64,000 bases of DNA from Bispira polyomma (Eukaryota): contig OZ287748.1 in the NCBI GenBank assembly GCA_965649765.1, forward strand, positions 79,794,001-79,858,000. The letters are read 5' to 3'. The notes below the pieces were generated by a model. That model was not told the origin of the DNA. It searched no databases and worked only from the letters and a program-made list of their open reading frames with translations. Position numbers and translations under genes: made by a program. How positions within the stretch are numbered: position 1 is the first letter of the stretch; the number at the start of each line of letters is the position of its first letter. Positions 35,880 through 49,559 of this stretch are shown here, piece after piece.

Positions 35880-36653
35880 CTTAAAACAACACAATTAGAG
35901 TTGTTTTTACTCTGAAAAGGGTGCGGCCATCTTGAAAAGCGCCACCATGTTGGACATAACAATGTATAGCCTTCTTGGTGGTTAGAAACAATCGACTTGG
36001 CAAAACTGACGAGTGTCAGATTAATATTTTTCACACTGTGCATCTGTGTTTTCTTTAAAAGACAGCTCTTGTTTGTTTAGCAGCACCTTTACTGTATGAA
36101 CCTCTAGCACATGTATATAAACAGCTTGGCAGGGCAACATTTTGTTCAGATAGTAGAATATTCATAAACAGAAGAGGCATTTTAGAATCAAATAATTAAA
36201 AACAAACATTTGGAAGAATGGAAACAGGTGCATAATAAAGGTTCAACCGTATCTTGTGCCAAATATTAGTTAACTGGGTCACAAAATTAAATTGGCTACC
36301 AGTCTAACCAAGTGGTCACCAGGTTTTCACAAACTCAGCAGCAAAAAAAACATCAACAGTAAAAAAAGCTTGTCCATTTTTGTATTTATGGTATATGAGT
36401 GGTTCAAAATTGGCATTTAAAAAAATCTTTTTCTTGTAAATGAAGAAAGTTATATGAACATGTATATCTTTTTATAAATATAAGTGAACCATTACCTTGC
36501 AATAATTGAAAACACATCCGAAATATTTATCTAAAATAATAAGGTTGTTGTGAATAATTTTATATAAATAGTTCATATAGAAAATAGAAATTCCTACTTG
36601 GTACTTTCAGCTTTTCGACAACACAGTTTTGACTTTGAGAGACATTGGCAATC

Positions 36654-37077
36654 TGGGCCTGTATTCACTAACAGACTTAGCCAAGTCTTAGGTCTAAATC
36701 TAGTACACTGCAAAACAGCTCTTAACATCAATACTAGCACTTGTGTAATGCCATTATAACTTGCAAAGTAGTAAACTTCACAAAAGGAATCAAATAAAAT
36801 GAAAACTTTAAAATGGCTGTGTACACCTCGACGGTCAAAAAATTGTGAGGATTCAAACAAGATCACATGACCTGGTCAAGGATGCTTTAATAAGTACACC
36901 ACTGAACAACAGGTTTAAGGTAGCATGATAGCTTTTTTCGGCTATTTAAACGTGGTTTAGTTGATGGCCATCAATTATAGCATATGTTAGGATGAGGTAA
37001 GTGTATTTTAATGCTATAAAACTAGTATACTTTTGTGCCTAAGACTTGGCTAAGTCTGTTAGTGAATATGGGCCCAG
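36654..37077. mobile_element. Harbinger-like MITE with ~40-bp TIRs
   Basis: ctgggcctgtattcactaacagacttagccaagtcttagg ... cctaagacttggctaagtctgttagtgaatatgggcccag. Confidence 0.8.
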
Positions 37078-37632
37078 TAGAAAGAATGGAAACCCCCCCC
37101 CAAAAAAAAATTCTGCAGAACTCAGAATTATTTAGACTCAATGCAATGTTTTAATCATGCCTTTATTTTACACCTACAAAATAAAATGTAAAAAACAAAC
37201 AAACCAGACATGATATCTAAAAATCCCAAGCTCACTGTTTGATCTTGCATACTTTAATCCTGGAAAGTGTCAGGATTCCAGGCCTTGGAAATTGCTAGTA
37301 GGAAGCTTAGCACTCCAGAGTTTGAAAGTAGCTACATTATTGGATCAACCATAACATTTTCACTATTCTAACTTTTTTTAAGTTAGATTTTCTCTTAGTA
37401 ACAAAATGTACAATTTTTTTAGCGGTGCTCAAATCTTAACACATGCACAAATGTAACATTTACAAACGCAGACAAAATAGGAAATTCTACTGAAAAACAG
37501 GTGACTTATTTGTCCAAACACTTGTTCTATGAGGGATTTTAACATGTTGGTTAGGTGAATCCCTGATATGTCCCCATCAGGAAAAGTCCTCATCAGCAAG
37601 TTCCCCAACAGGAGAAATCCCTATAAGCCTAA

Positions 37633-38272
37633 TGCCATGGTCACACTGAGCTTACATTTCGCTTATGCACAAAAAATGACTAACGTAAGCTAAATTGTAG
37701 TGAACGTAAGTAAAATGTAGTAAACGTAAGTAAATTATGGTACCTTAAGTTTTGTTATTTCCCGTTTAAAAAAAAATGTCTTAATTTTTGGACTGCTTGA
37801 AATTTTTTACGTTTTTAGCCGTTTGCTGATAATTTTTATTGCAACGGGTGGTGCGTTAGCGGCAAACATATTCAATGCGTATTTGACATAAAGTATGGGA
37901 GAAAAAAAAATTACTAAAAAATTTTAAAAATATTTATTAAAACTATACCTACCAATAATATTAACAATAATATTAACGTTAAAACCAAGGAGAACGGGAC
38001 TGAAACAGGTTTAGAAGCGTGGCTAACGTATTTCTAAAAACGTGGCTAACGAGGCTAAAATGTGGCTATCGAGTTAAGACTAATTGAAATCGCTATTAAA
38101 ACATATTAAATGCATGTACAAACATGTACAGATGCGTACTGAACATGTACAAAATGGCCCATACATTTGATTTTTGCTACATTTCCCGATTTTCTCACGG
38201 GATTTTCACTTCGTTTTCTCTCTTTTACGAAAAAAAAAACGTAATGAGAACGTACTCGGTGTGACCACAGCA
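37633..38272. mobile_element. PIF/Harbinger-type MITE
   Basis: TAA TSD; TIRs tgccatggtcacac / gtgtgaccacagca; internal aacgtaag repeats. A shorter relative lies at 58655-58876. Confidence 0.8.
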
Positions 38273-39361
38273 TAAGTGCAGGGGGAGTTGGGGGGGGGGG
38301 GGGAATTTTTAGCATAGTTTTTATTTTTCAAGTTTTCAATTTATTAATATTTGAATTTAATAGCCACAGAACTAAAGTCTATATTTTTTTTATATTTTGG
38401 ACATAGCTAATTCTATATTTCGGAAGAAACTTCAGGAGCTCTGTCTTGAATTAAATAATGGAGAAATATCACTCCAAGAATTTCTCAAATGTGTGGGTCA
38501 AACCATAAGATTTTATTGATGACAACAATAATTGCCTGGTAAGACTTTGTAAACTTTGAGAAAAATTAACACAATTCAAGGTCATATGTTTAAAAGATCA
38601 GCCACAACATGGTAATAAATAGACTTTAATTGTCAGGCTCAGTGTCTAAAATGATTTTTTTTCATCATTATACCCATAATCAGGACATGACATTTAACAT
38701 AACATTTTTCATGACAATCATTTTTTGCCTCAAACTCTGAAATTCAGCAAAACGTCTCTCTTGTAAATATTACACCATTGTTGTAGTTCCTTTTTTATTT
38801 CCTTTAAGTACGATTGTATTTCAAGTGGAAATAAGTGGGCGTGCAATACGAGAAGATGAAAAAGTGAAGTTTAAAATCTGTGGTTTTTTAAAATTTTCTC
38901 CAATTTATCATCAAGTGCTCCTTACCTAGTGAGGACCTTGTGCTAACTTCAACATGGAGCATTCATAACAACCATTATTACAGATGAATTCAGACTAAAC
39001 ATTACTTTGGCTTAGCCCATGAAATGACATTAATTTTTCATCCTCACACTCTTCCTGCCATAGCTACTGGCTGTATAAAACAGTCATGACAGAAAAACAA
39101 AAAAGTTATTAAAAGTGTGCAATTAAACCACATAGAAGATAGTTCAGAAAACGTCGTCCTAACTGAAATGTAAAAATGCTGCAGTAAATCCACATACACT
39201 CTTCAAATTATGGTAATGAAGTTTAAGTAAGTACTTAAAATGCTCAAACTATTTTCAAAATAGAGTACATATGTATTTAAAATTAATGAATGTTTTAGCA
39301 TTTTAAATACATGTACAGTACATATGTATTAAAAATTCCATGTTTTGTAAGGGTACTACAA

Positions 39362-39705
39362 GGCCCGTATTCACGAAGGGACTTAGCCAAATCTTAGGCT
39401 TAAATCTTGCACAAAAGTATACTGATTTAAGCCTAAGACTTGGCTAAGTCCCTTCGTAAATACAGGCCCAGGAATCTAGAACAGCACGAACGAATTCTCC
39501 CTCAAATCGGGGGCTTTAACAGTGTATTTTTTAGAGTGTCCAATAATTAACATATGCAACTTATTTTTTAGAACAACCACAGAATTTGAGAAACAGGGGG
39601 AGATCCACAAAAGGGCTAAGTCTAGACATTGTCCTAAATCTAGCACAAAGGTCAACAGGGGCCTAGATGTGTTCTAGATTTAGCCCTTTTGTGAATACCT
39701 CCCAT
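39362..39705. mobile_element. Two short palindromic MITEs (39362-39470, 39595-39705)
   Basis: Near-perfect inverted repeats, related to 24061 and 36654. Confidence 0.75.
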
Positions 39706-39901
39706 AGACATTGCACAAATGTATGGTGTTGAGAAACAGCTTTATGGTAGAAGTTTATGGACATTCTATAAAAATATGGACAGTTTCAGGAGGGTAAACG
39801 TGACTATTAAGTTCTGTTATTACTCAATGTCAGTGTGTTATGAAAATAATCCATATTTTTAGCCACAACTTAATACACTGAAATTCACACTGAACTCCTA
39901 A

Positions 39902-40478
39902 AGTGGTGATTCCACATTCAAGTACGATTAGCAAAATGGGCCCGATTTTTTAGTCGGAAAGGTCGGGGCGAAAAAATCAATAAAATCTTTTTGTGGGCAA
40001 GGAAATTAAAATGTGGGGTGACCTTCCCGATAGAACGGGACACTGACCCCGATCTTACTTGAACCTATGTAGGATCGAACCTACTGGTGATAGGATCTGA
40101 TGTATCACCCTAGGATCGAACGTATAGCCAATAGGATCTGATGGATTCATATCCCCTACCATAAGGATTGAACGTATAAAAAGTCAAAGTCGGGACTGCA
40201 TTAGGACAGGCCCGGAGTAACATTAAGACCTATCAGACAGAACGTATCACCAATAGGATCGAACTTATTCGCCGAAGCCGACTTTCCTATTTTTATAGGT
40301 CGGGACACAGGTCGGGGACTCAAGTCGGTACACTTTTTGAAAAAATTAAGCATGCTTAACTTTCTTGCCAACCTTCCCGACCTTTCAGCCCCCGACCTAT
40401 ACGTTTCGCCGCTTTTCCTGTTATCGATCACAAAGTTGGGCAGCTCGGGGACTAAATCCTGATAGTGGAACCACCATT
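39902..40478. mobile_element. PIF/Harbinger-type MITE
   Basis: TAA TSD; TIRs agtggtgattccac / gtggaaccaccatt; internal ATAGGATC repeats. Confidence 0.8.
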
Positions 40479-42503
40479 TAAGGGATTTAATTTTAGACAA
40501 AAAGAAGGCTTTATGTTTCAAATTAAATTTATTTTTTCAAAGTTGAATTGCAGATAAAGCTAGCAATTTTAATTTGTCAATAGAAGTTATGATATGTCAC
40601 GATGTCAGAAAACATTAAAAAAGTGTCTATTTTTTCCATGCTCTTCTTACTTCTCCTTCTATAAACTATTGTATTGGGACTTAAGAAACCATTCTAGGGG
40701 GCCAGTATAAATACTTCATTGTACCATATGTCCTCTTCTTTGTCTCCTGAACTGATTTATTATTAGTACTACATATCTTGATAAAGCATGAAAATATTGC
40801 TGACATTTTTCTGAAAGGGAATGGGTTTTCTTTTGTTGGTGAACACAGAACATAAATAGTGTCTGCCTTTTATGGGTGTCAATAATTGTGACATAATCAT
40901 AGGCATTCCAAATACATAGAATACAGAACAGAATAAACAAAGCAAAAATATTGAAGTAAACATCTGATCATGTGGCCCTTTTGGCGGGAAGGTGGACTAC
41001 TGTATATACCCATTAGCTGGTTAAGGTAGTGATATACCTTAAATTTTGCATGTCTGTATTGGCCAATGGGTTGGATAGCTCCAACATATAGCTATATTAG
41101 GAAATGTTAGTAGTATTTTGTTTTCAGACCTATATTTACAGATTAGGAATTGAACAAAAATTTAAAATATTTTCTCAAGACTTTATTTAGTATTCATTCT
41201 TACGTAATTTTATAGACTAGTGCAAACAACTGTTCAACTATATATAACTCAAACATGTGAATAATACTAGATTTTTAAGATAACCCATTTTAATTATGGG
41301 GGAAACTTTTTATTCCTTTATCTTTTCTATCTGTGTCAGAATATTTTTTATATTTTCAATAAAGTATTCAAGTATGTTTTATCATTCATTCAATACAGAA
41401 GTAGAAGTAAGATTATATTTTTGAACCATAGTAAATGAAGTTAGGTTCGAATAAGTAAAAGGAGGGGCATATATGGGAGATAATATGGCATGTATTTAAC
41501 ATCTAAGACCTCAGCAGCAGTGACTTATCGTAAGTTAATAATACCAGTGCAAGAACAGCATATATAGCAAGTGTAACACAATACCATTTCATTAGCACAG
41601 CAGCAAAAAACGTGTTAATTAGCAGCTGTTACTTCAGAGGTGTCTGTTTAGAGGCAAGACATGACTTCAAATACAAGCATAATCTTGTTAAGCTCAAAAC
41701 TGTGTCACATATTCAGGTATTATTATTAAAGAATTTCTACCGTGGCCTTTATTGATATATGATTGGCTAAGGAACATTTATAAACTATACCCATTTCACC
41801 TACAACAAATAAATGACTTGTGTACGAGATGCCTTACTGCATCAAATTTTCAATTTTCCCAGCTTATACTTTTCTATATTTTTAGTATGCCATTTTAGTA
41901 TGACATATTTCCCTACTTTATGTAGTCAGAAAAAGAATTTGAGTTCAATTATTCTCAGGTTGACCCATTATTTGGCCTATATTGATTGGACTAAATTGAT
42001 CAGTGGTCTTTGGAAGCAATAAAAGGGGAATACTACTTTTTGTACCTCTGACTACTGTTATTGTTGCAAACACACAGTAGCAGTGCGCCCTATGCAAGGC
42101 TAAGTATACTGTCCTGTTTCCTTAACAACCATGTTGCTCACTGTCATGTTATCAACACCTGGACCTGGATTTGTCAAAAGGTTTCAAACTTAAATCCGTA
42201 ATAAATTTAAAATATATGTCCTGACTGTAGTTTTGTGGGAAACAAAGCTATCTAAAATCTAACCCAATATTTGAGTTCCTAACAGAAAGCTCTATCAAAA
42301 TGAATTGTAACATGTCTGGGTTATTCCCGTTAATAAGAAAGTTCATATACATGTTTAGTGTTTAAGTTTAAGCAGGAGTCTCTGTTAAAGACCTTTGATA
42401 AATACTATATAAGGTCAAAATTGCCACTCATCTAATATTCACAACATAATAAGGCCTTATCAGAGGGAAGTTAAAAAAGGTGGCAAATTAAAGTGAAACA
42501 CTA

Positions 42504-44561
42504 ACTAGAAAAAGGTTTTTGATATTAAAAACGAAGCGTCCCTAAAGTTAAAATAATAATGAAATTGTTTAGTGTACAAGGTTTGATATTGTTTTAAAGT
42601 TGACATATAAGCAGAATGAGCACTTTTGGTCGAATATAAGTTAAAAATCACTCTATGTAGCACCATTTCCGAGATAACAGACGTTTTCTAAAAAGACGCA
42701 GAAATTGAAGATGGTTGCCCAAATCAAAAATTACTTCAAAAGTTTACATACAAGCAAAAACAGCCCTGTGGGTCAAAAACAAGCTCAAAATCGCTCTATC
42801 TAGCACCGTTTCTGAGATAACGGACATTTTCGAAAAAGGAGCAGAAATTCAAGATGGCCGCCAAAATTGAACATTTTTTGAAAGTTTACATATAAGCCAA
42901 CTCAACCCTGTGGGTCGAAAATGAGTTCGAAATCGCTCTATCTAGCACCGTTACCAAAATAACGGACATTTTCGAAAAAGGCGCAGAAATTTAAGATGGC
43001 CGCTAAAATTGAAAATTTTTTGAAAGTTTACATACGAGTAAAATTAACCCTGTGGTTCGAAAATGAGCTCGAAATTGCTCTATCTAGCACCGTTTCCGAG
43101 ATAACAGATATTTTCGAAAAAGGCGGAGAAATTCAAGATGGCCGCCAAAATTGAAAATTTTTTGAAAGTTTACATATAAGCAAAATCAACCCTGTGGGTC
43201 GAAAATGAGCTCGAAATCGCTCTATCTAGCACGGTTTCTGAGATAACGGACATTTTCGAAAAAGACGCAGAAATTCAAGATGGCCGCCAAAATTGAAAAT
43301 TTTTTGAAAGTTTACATATAAGCAAAATCAACCCTGTGGGTTGAAAATGAGCTCGAAATCGCTCTATCTAGCACCGTTTCCGAGATATTGGACATTTTCG
43401 AAAAAGACGCAGAAATTCAAGATGGCCGCCAAAATTGAAAATTTTTTGAAAGTTTACATATAAGCAAAATCAAGCATGTGGGTTGAAAATGAGCTCAAAA
43501 TCGCTCTAACTAGCACCATTTCAGAGATATTGGACATTTTCAAAAAAGACGCAGAAATTCAAGATGGCCGCCAAAATTGAAAATTTTTTGAAAGTTTAGA
43601 TATAAGCAAAATTAACCCTGTGGATCGAAAATGAGCTCGAAATCGGTCTATCTAGCACCGTTTCCAAGATAATGGACGTTTAAAAAAAAAACCTTAATTT
43701 TTAAAATTTTTGACATTGAAATCGTTTTATATCAGTAACGATCGCAGATTTTTGGATGGGGTAAAAAATGAATATAAATTCAGGCTATTCTTTAAAAGTT
43801 ACGCGCTGCATGTACTGGTCTAAAATTAAAAATAAAAAAATCCTCACACGCTCAAAAAAGCACCCATCAACACATTTTTTTCCCCATTTTGTATGATTGA
43901 TCGACCCTGTAAATCAATCAATTATCACCAGATTGATCTAAAAATTTACGGACATCTATGCTTTGGTATTTGCAATGTGCATGCTAAATTTCATTGAACT
44001 ATGACAAGTACTTCAAAAGAAAAGTTGATAAAAGTGCAAGATAGAGCAAAATAGAGCAAACTACTCATTTGAAGTACTCAGTACTCATTCAGTACTGGAT
44101 TTAGAACTGTAAGATTTTTACATCATACATAAAATCAAAAAGTAGATGAATAACTTATACCAAGAAAAAGCCGAAATCCCAATAGTTTCCGAGATAGCAA
44201 AAAAGTACCGATTTTTCGCATTTCAATAAAAATCAATCGGTTAGTAATCGGTCAATTATCATCAGATTAATCTCATCAGCGTCTCCCGTCTTGAAAATTG
44301 CCTTACCAAGGTACATACCAAATTTCATTGAGCTATGATGAATACTTTTTGAGAAAACCTAGTGACAAGCACTTTTACACCCCCAGGGTCACCTGACATT
44401 TAAGTAGGCCAAAGTTCAAAGCCAAGAATATCAAAAAAATTTCCCACTCCTGGTTAAGAGAACTGCCAAAAATAATTTTGATGCAGATAATATTGAAGGA
44501 GATATTCAAGGAAGACCATGCGGCGGCGGCGGCGGCAGCGGCGAGGAAACCAGGGCGCTTA
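42504..44561 (-). mobile_element. Helentron-associated element, copy B, with a longer 142-bp array
   Basis: Reverse complement of 27753-29539 with two more repeat units; the 5' hairpin is deleted. Confidence 0.85.
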
Positions 44562-45765
44562 ATTAATATACATTGTAGATATATATTAAGGTAGACTATA
44601 AAAGTATATGGAAACTATATTTAGCAATATTTTCTTGGAATTTACGTAGACACTTTAGAGATTGTGAATATCAAAATTATAGAAAGTTAAAAATGTTGAC
44701 TCTTATTTTACTGGGCATCAGCCATATTTACTGAGAAAGAAATGATCACTTGTGTTAGTAAAAAAAACCCCACAAAACCTAAAGATACCAGCACAATTGC
44801 ATGTCATAAAGACAAGTAAAGGAATCGTTAAAATGGATGGCATATGGCATGGAATATTATGGTGCAAATTGATTCAAGTTTAAGTTGCAATAAACAAGAT
44901 TTTCATACCAATATTATCAGTATTTCCAAGTTCAATACTTCTTTAAACAAGGGAACAGTCACACTCATTATGATAATTAAAATCGGATTTCAAATTTATT
45001 CGGTTACCTTTCTTCTAATATGCCTAGTTGTTTTGATTTTGCAAATCATGTTGTCCCCCATATACCCCATTCAGAGAAAACTCAGTGGGAATAACATCTA
45101 TCTTGCATGCCACTGTAAAAATAAATGAATTGTGAGGAAATGGACAAAAACAAAAAAACACCCCCCCAAAAAATTAAACATTTTACAAAGAAGAAAACAG
45201 AATCTACTCCAAATCAACAGAGAACTGGGAGAGAGATTAGTCTGTGTAGCAATATATATACATTGTTGTACTGCTGCTTGTGTGACTATAACTACTCTAT
45301 GTACATGTGTGTGTCTGCCTGTGGTGAACTTACAGAGATACAACCCTGGGATGCACTGAAGGATAAAGATGGGGGATTTAAAATACAAAAATGTCAGGTA
45401 AGGTGATAGAGATCCTTTACTTCCTAATTTACACAATAAATACAAGTAGAATCTCTGTTATCCAAATGTCTATTATCCAATTATATAAATAATTATCTTC
45501 GCTCTTCCACATTTTACACTTTCTAATCATTTTAAGTACTAAAGGCTTATACTTTTATGAACCTTCTATTATCTGAACAAAATCCTGCTCTTCAAACATA
45601 GTCGGATGACAGAGGTTCTGTAGTACGAAGGAGATTGTCGATAATATTATAGCTTGTATGTTTTTACAGTTGAGTTGTTTGTTTTTGTTTTCCTTTACAC
45701 TGAAGATCTGAGTAACTCCTTTGTGTAATTTTTCCCCACGTACATTGTGGTAGAATTACAGACTA

Positions 45766-45990
45766 AAAGGGTGAATATACCTGGCCGATTTTGCCTCCGA
45801 ATCCATTATCCGACGTCCATTTCCGTCATCTAAAAAAAATCAAGAAATAGAAAAGTAGAATACACCTTACCGACGCCACCTCAGATTTGGTAGCCGATTT
45901 TTTAAAATATCCATATAGCATTTCAAATGACAGAAATGGATGTCGGATGACGGATCAGAAAGCAAAATCGGACAGGTATATTCTCGCCTT
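45766..45990. mobile_element. Palindromic MITE
   Basis: gaatatacctggccgattttgc...gcaaaatcggacaggtatattc long inverted arms. Confidence 0.7.
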
Positions 45991-48287
45991 AATATGTTTA
46001 AAGGCAATGCTGAAGTAAAAAGTTCTCCAACTGAATTTTAATTTATTAAAAACAAGAAAGCAAATTAATGAACCAAAAATTGCAAACAAAAAACTCAATA
46101 TGCCTAAATTTGACAGCTCAAAAAAAAAATTACAAACCAATATAATTCCCCTCAAAAAGAGACAAATGTGAAAATATAAAAAGAACACACCTGCAAAATA
46201 AAAGAGAGCTTATTACCTCACAAAATATTTGGCTTTGGGGACATATTTTACAGGGGGTATATTTTACAAGGTAGAATTTTCTACCTTTTCTGGCTTTGGT
46301 TTTATAGTTATTTATATTTATTATTCTCCATTCAATGAAAATGAACAGTAATACTGCATAAAGTTCAACTGCTTATGGCTTAAAACCATAACAACAGAAT
46401 AAGTAACACATTTAATAGAAATAAAACAAGTTTGGGGGTCTTTTACTACAGTGGTAACTCAGGCATAAATTCTTTTTAGATATTTTACATTGTCTTGAAT
46501 CTTTGTACCACTTACTCCAAAGCTTGCACCACTTTGTGTGGACTCCATTTAAACTTCTCTGTTTACCGATTATCATTCAAGTGTTAAACCACATCAAAGG
46601 GCACAAAAAGTTTAAATGGTTTTTACGCCACCACCGATTGTCAACAACACATATATTGGCCCTGAAGGGAATTAATCACTCAAATAGACTTCCCTGTAAT
46701 CAATAAAGTGTTTTAATTAAATGCACAAGGCCCAAAATATTGCTGCCCCTAAAAATATTTTAATTCCTTCTGTTTGTTTTTCTATACAACACTTAGTGCA
46801 ACAAAGGGCTATTGCACTTTTCAGCGTTTATTGGTAGAATCTGTGACAGCAAAAATTTGTTCCAAAATTGTCCTTGTCAACTGAACTAACTGGACCAAGG
46901 CAGGAAAAAAACAAAGAAAACAGGAATAATCAGAAGATACGGGTACCCATTAGTAACAAGAGGAAAATGGGGCAATACAACATCATTTGTGTTCTGTGGA
47001 GGAATAAATTAACAAAATTTAAAGAAATAAATGCTTGTATTGAATTTATTTTCATTCCCTATTTTACTAAAACTGTACATTCTATATAAAAATTTATAGC
47101 TTTTCGGAGATATTCAATTATCTTGTTCCATTTCAAGTTCAAAAATATATTTACCCCCACCAATCCAGGAATTTTTTACTTATAAGTCATCTGTTGAGTA
47201 GAACATTTTTATCAACACGGATGTTTACACAAACTGATACTTGACCCCTAAAATTAATCAAATAGTAATCCTTTAATCCCTTAGAGATTTACAATTGAAA
47301 AACTAGAAATCCATAATATTCTTTAGAAGAAAACCTACGATCATATGCAAGGTGTGACACAGCGAATTTGACAATTTTAGGCCAAAATACTCCAGGATAT
47401 TTTTCCAGGAATTAAAATTATTGCCAAAAATATTTTCCTCAAAATATTGTTAATCTATTTTGTTGATGATCCCACAGTTTATAGACCAAATTTTTAAGGT
47501 CAACCTTTGACAGCAATAATGTTTTAAACCTGTTATTTCTAACAGCATATTTACCTCTTAATACTTTAAATAAATACACAACTCATGTTAATTTTGGGTG
47601 TGACATGTGGGTATATATACAAACATTGTTTACATAAGTATCTATTTTGCTAGAGAAACTGAATGATAGATGAAACCTTGGAAAGATAAACTGAGAAAAA
47701 AGCCTCCTACTTAATAAGGAAGGAGAATGTCATTCTTTGGTCATTAATTTTCCTTCAATTACATGACTGTGGGTTAAATCTTCCTGTCACAAGGTCCATA
47801 TAAATTGGTGTTTAAACATCAACATTTTAAGACCAAGACTTCTTGATTTGACAAATTAAAAAGCCTGATTTTGTTATAACAAAATAGGATTGTTTACATT
47901 CACCCCCACACACAAACATATGTGGACATATATATGTATAAATGTGTGTGTATATATAAAGATGGTCACACAGATTTAACTGTTAATTATTTTGACAGAA
48001 TTTTGACAGAGTTATTGGACAGTAGGACCACCATATGAGCTATATCTCAAGTGTACTGTACCATAAATACTATTAATCTGACTGGACTGAAATCTCTGGA
48101 TAGCTGAGGACCACCATATGAACTATATCTCAAGTGTACTATACCCATAAATACACACAGCATGTGTGCACAGGATCCCACAGTACTGGCACATTGATCT
48201 ACTTGTGTTTTGATAAGTTAAATCAACAGGCCTTCCTCTAGTTACACACAGGACGGCTTGCTGACAAAGTCTGGATAACGAGGATAA

Positions 48288-48290
<3 letters not shown>

Positions 48291-48322
<32 letters not shown>
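48291..48322. repeat. (TA)n microsatellite
   Basis: Directly visible. Confidence 0.95.
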
Positions 48323-48324
<2 letters not shown>

Positions 48325-49559
48325 GAAGACATGTCAATATCCAGTCGGTTACAGTGGATCGGACAAATTAAACTGGACATTTCAATTGGAATATAAGATA
48401 AATACATTGAACAGCTACTGAACATCAAATGCAAGTTGTTGGTTGTTTTAAAATTTAAATGGATATAGACATTCCATTCTTTTTATACAGGGAATTTCCA
48501 AGATTCACATAAATAAGTATTGGGGGTTACAGTGTCTGTGTAAATCAGAACCTTTTCTATTAACCTGTGCTGTTTTGAATAACATGGTTCTAGGCAGGGT
48601 TAACTTTTAATCACTGCATGGAATACAGTTTAATGTAGAGACCATATATATATATATATAGATATGCAGCATACTGGCTTGTTTTTAATACATTAATGCT
48701 GTTCTGTAATGGTATCTTTGCACATAACTATTGGATTATTGTTGGACTTAGATTATCATATTTGTACATAACTATTGGATTATTGTTGGACTTAGATTAT
48801 CATATTTGTACATTTATATATATATATCTCCAGTTGTTCACAAAAGATCATTTATATTCACATACATAGTAATGAAGATCACTAGTTTTGCACTACCATG
48901 CAACCCCTACAATTGTCCACTGCTTTTAAACACCATATTTGGCATCAAACAAATTCCATACATATCTTCAATACTATTCTCATTTTCTGGGTGGATGTTC
49001 TTGAATGCTCTTAATAACTTTAAATCTCTGAGACTAAACTACTGTGGTTATACTTCTGATACACTGTATTTGCTGTCTATACATAGTGGTGCACATCAAA
49101 CTAAAGTGTATTAACCCTGTTATATTATTTAACTATGAATGATATTTTTAATCACATAATGGGATGACAAGGAGAAATACTTCTATTTAAGCAGGATTTC
49201 CACTTAACAGGGAAGCTACTACACATTTTATTCCACATAAAAGAAAAATCACCTTAACAGAGTTCTACTTAAAAGATTTTGACTGTACATGATATATTCA
49301 CTTGTCTTATTTACATTGTGTGTTTATATATTTAATAGGTGAAATACTGAATGACACGTTGACCCACACATCTACACCAGAAAGAGGATACACACCTGCA
49401 AACACTGTGCTTTGCTTTTAATGATATTTTACCCCGGGAAATAGTGCTAATTACCAATCAGATCCCCTATTAACGAGTGACAAAAGGAAGGGCTATATTA
49501 TCTCAACACACAAATTCTCATATATCCCTTTACACCACTAATGACACAGAGCATACACA

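Noticed and set aside
30760-48000. Numerous 60-120 aa ORFs in the track
   Set aside because: Low-complexity or repeat-derived frames in introns, with no domain motifs or splice support.
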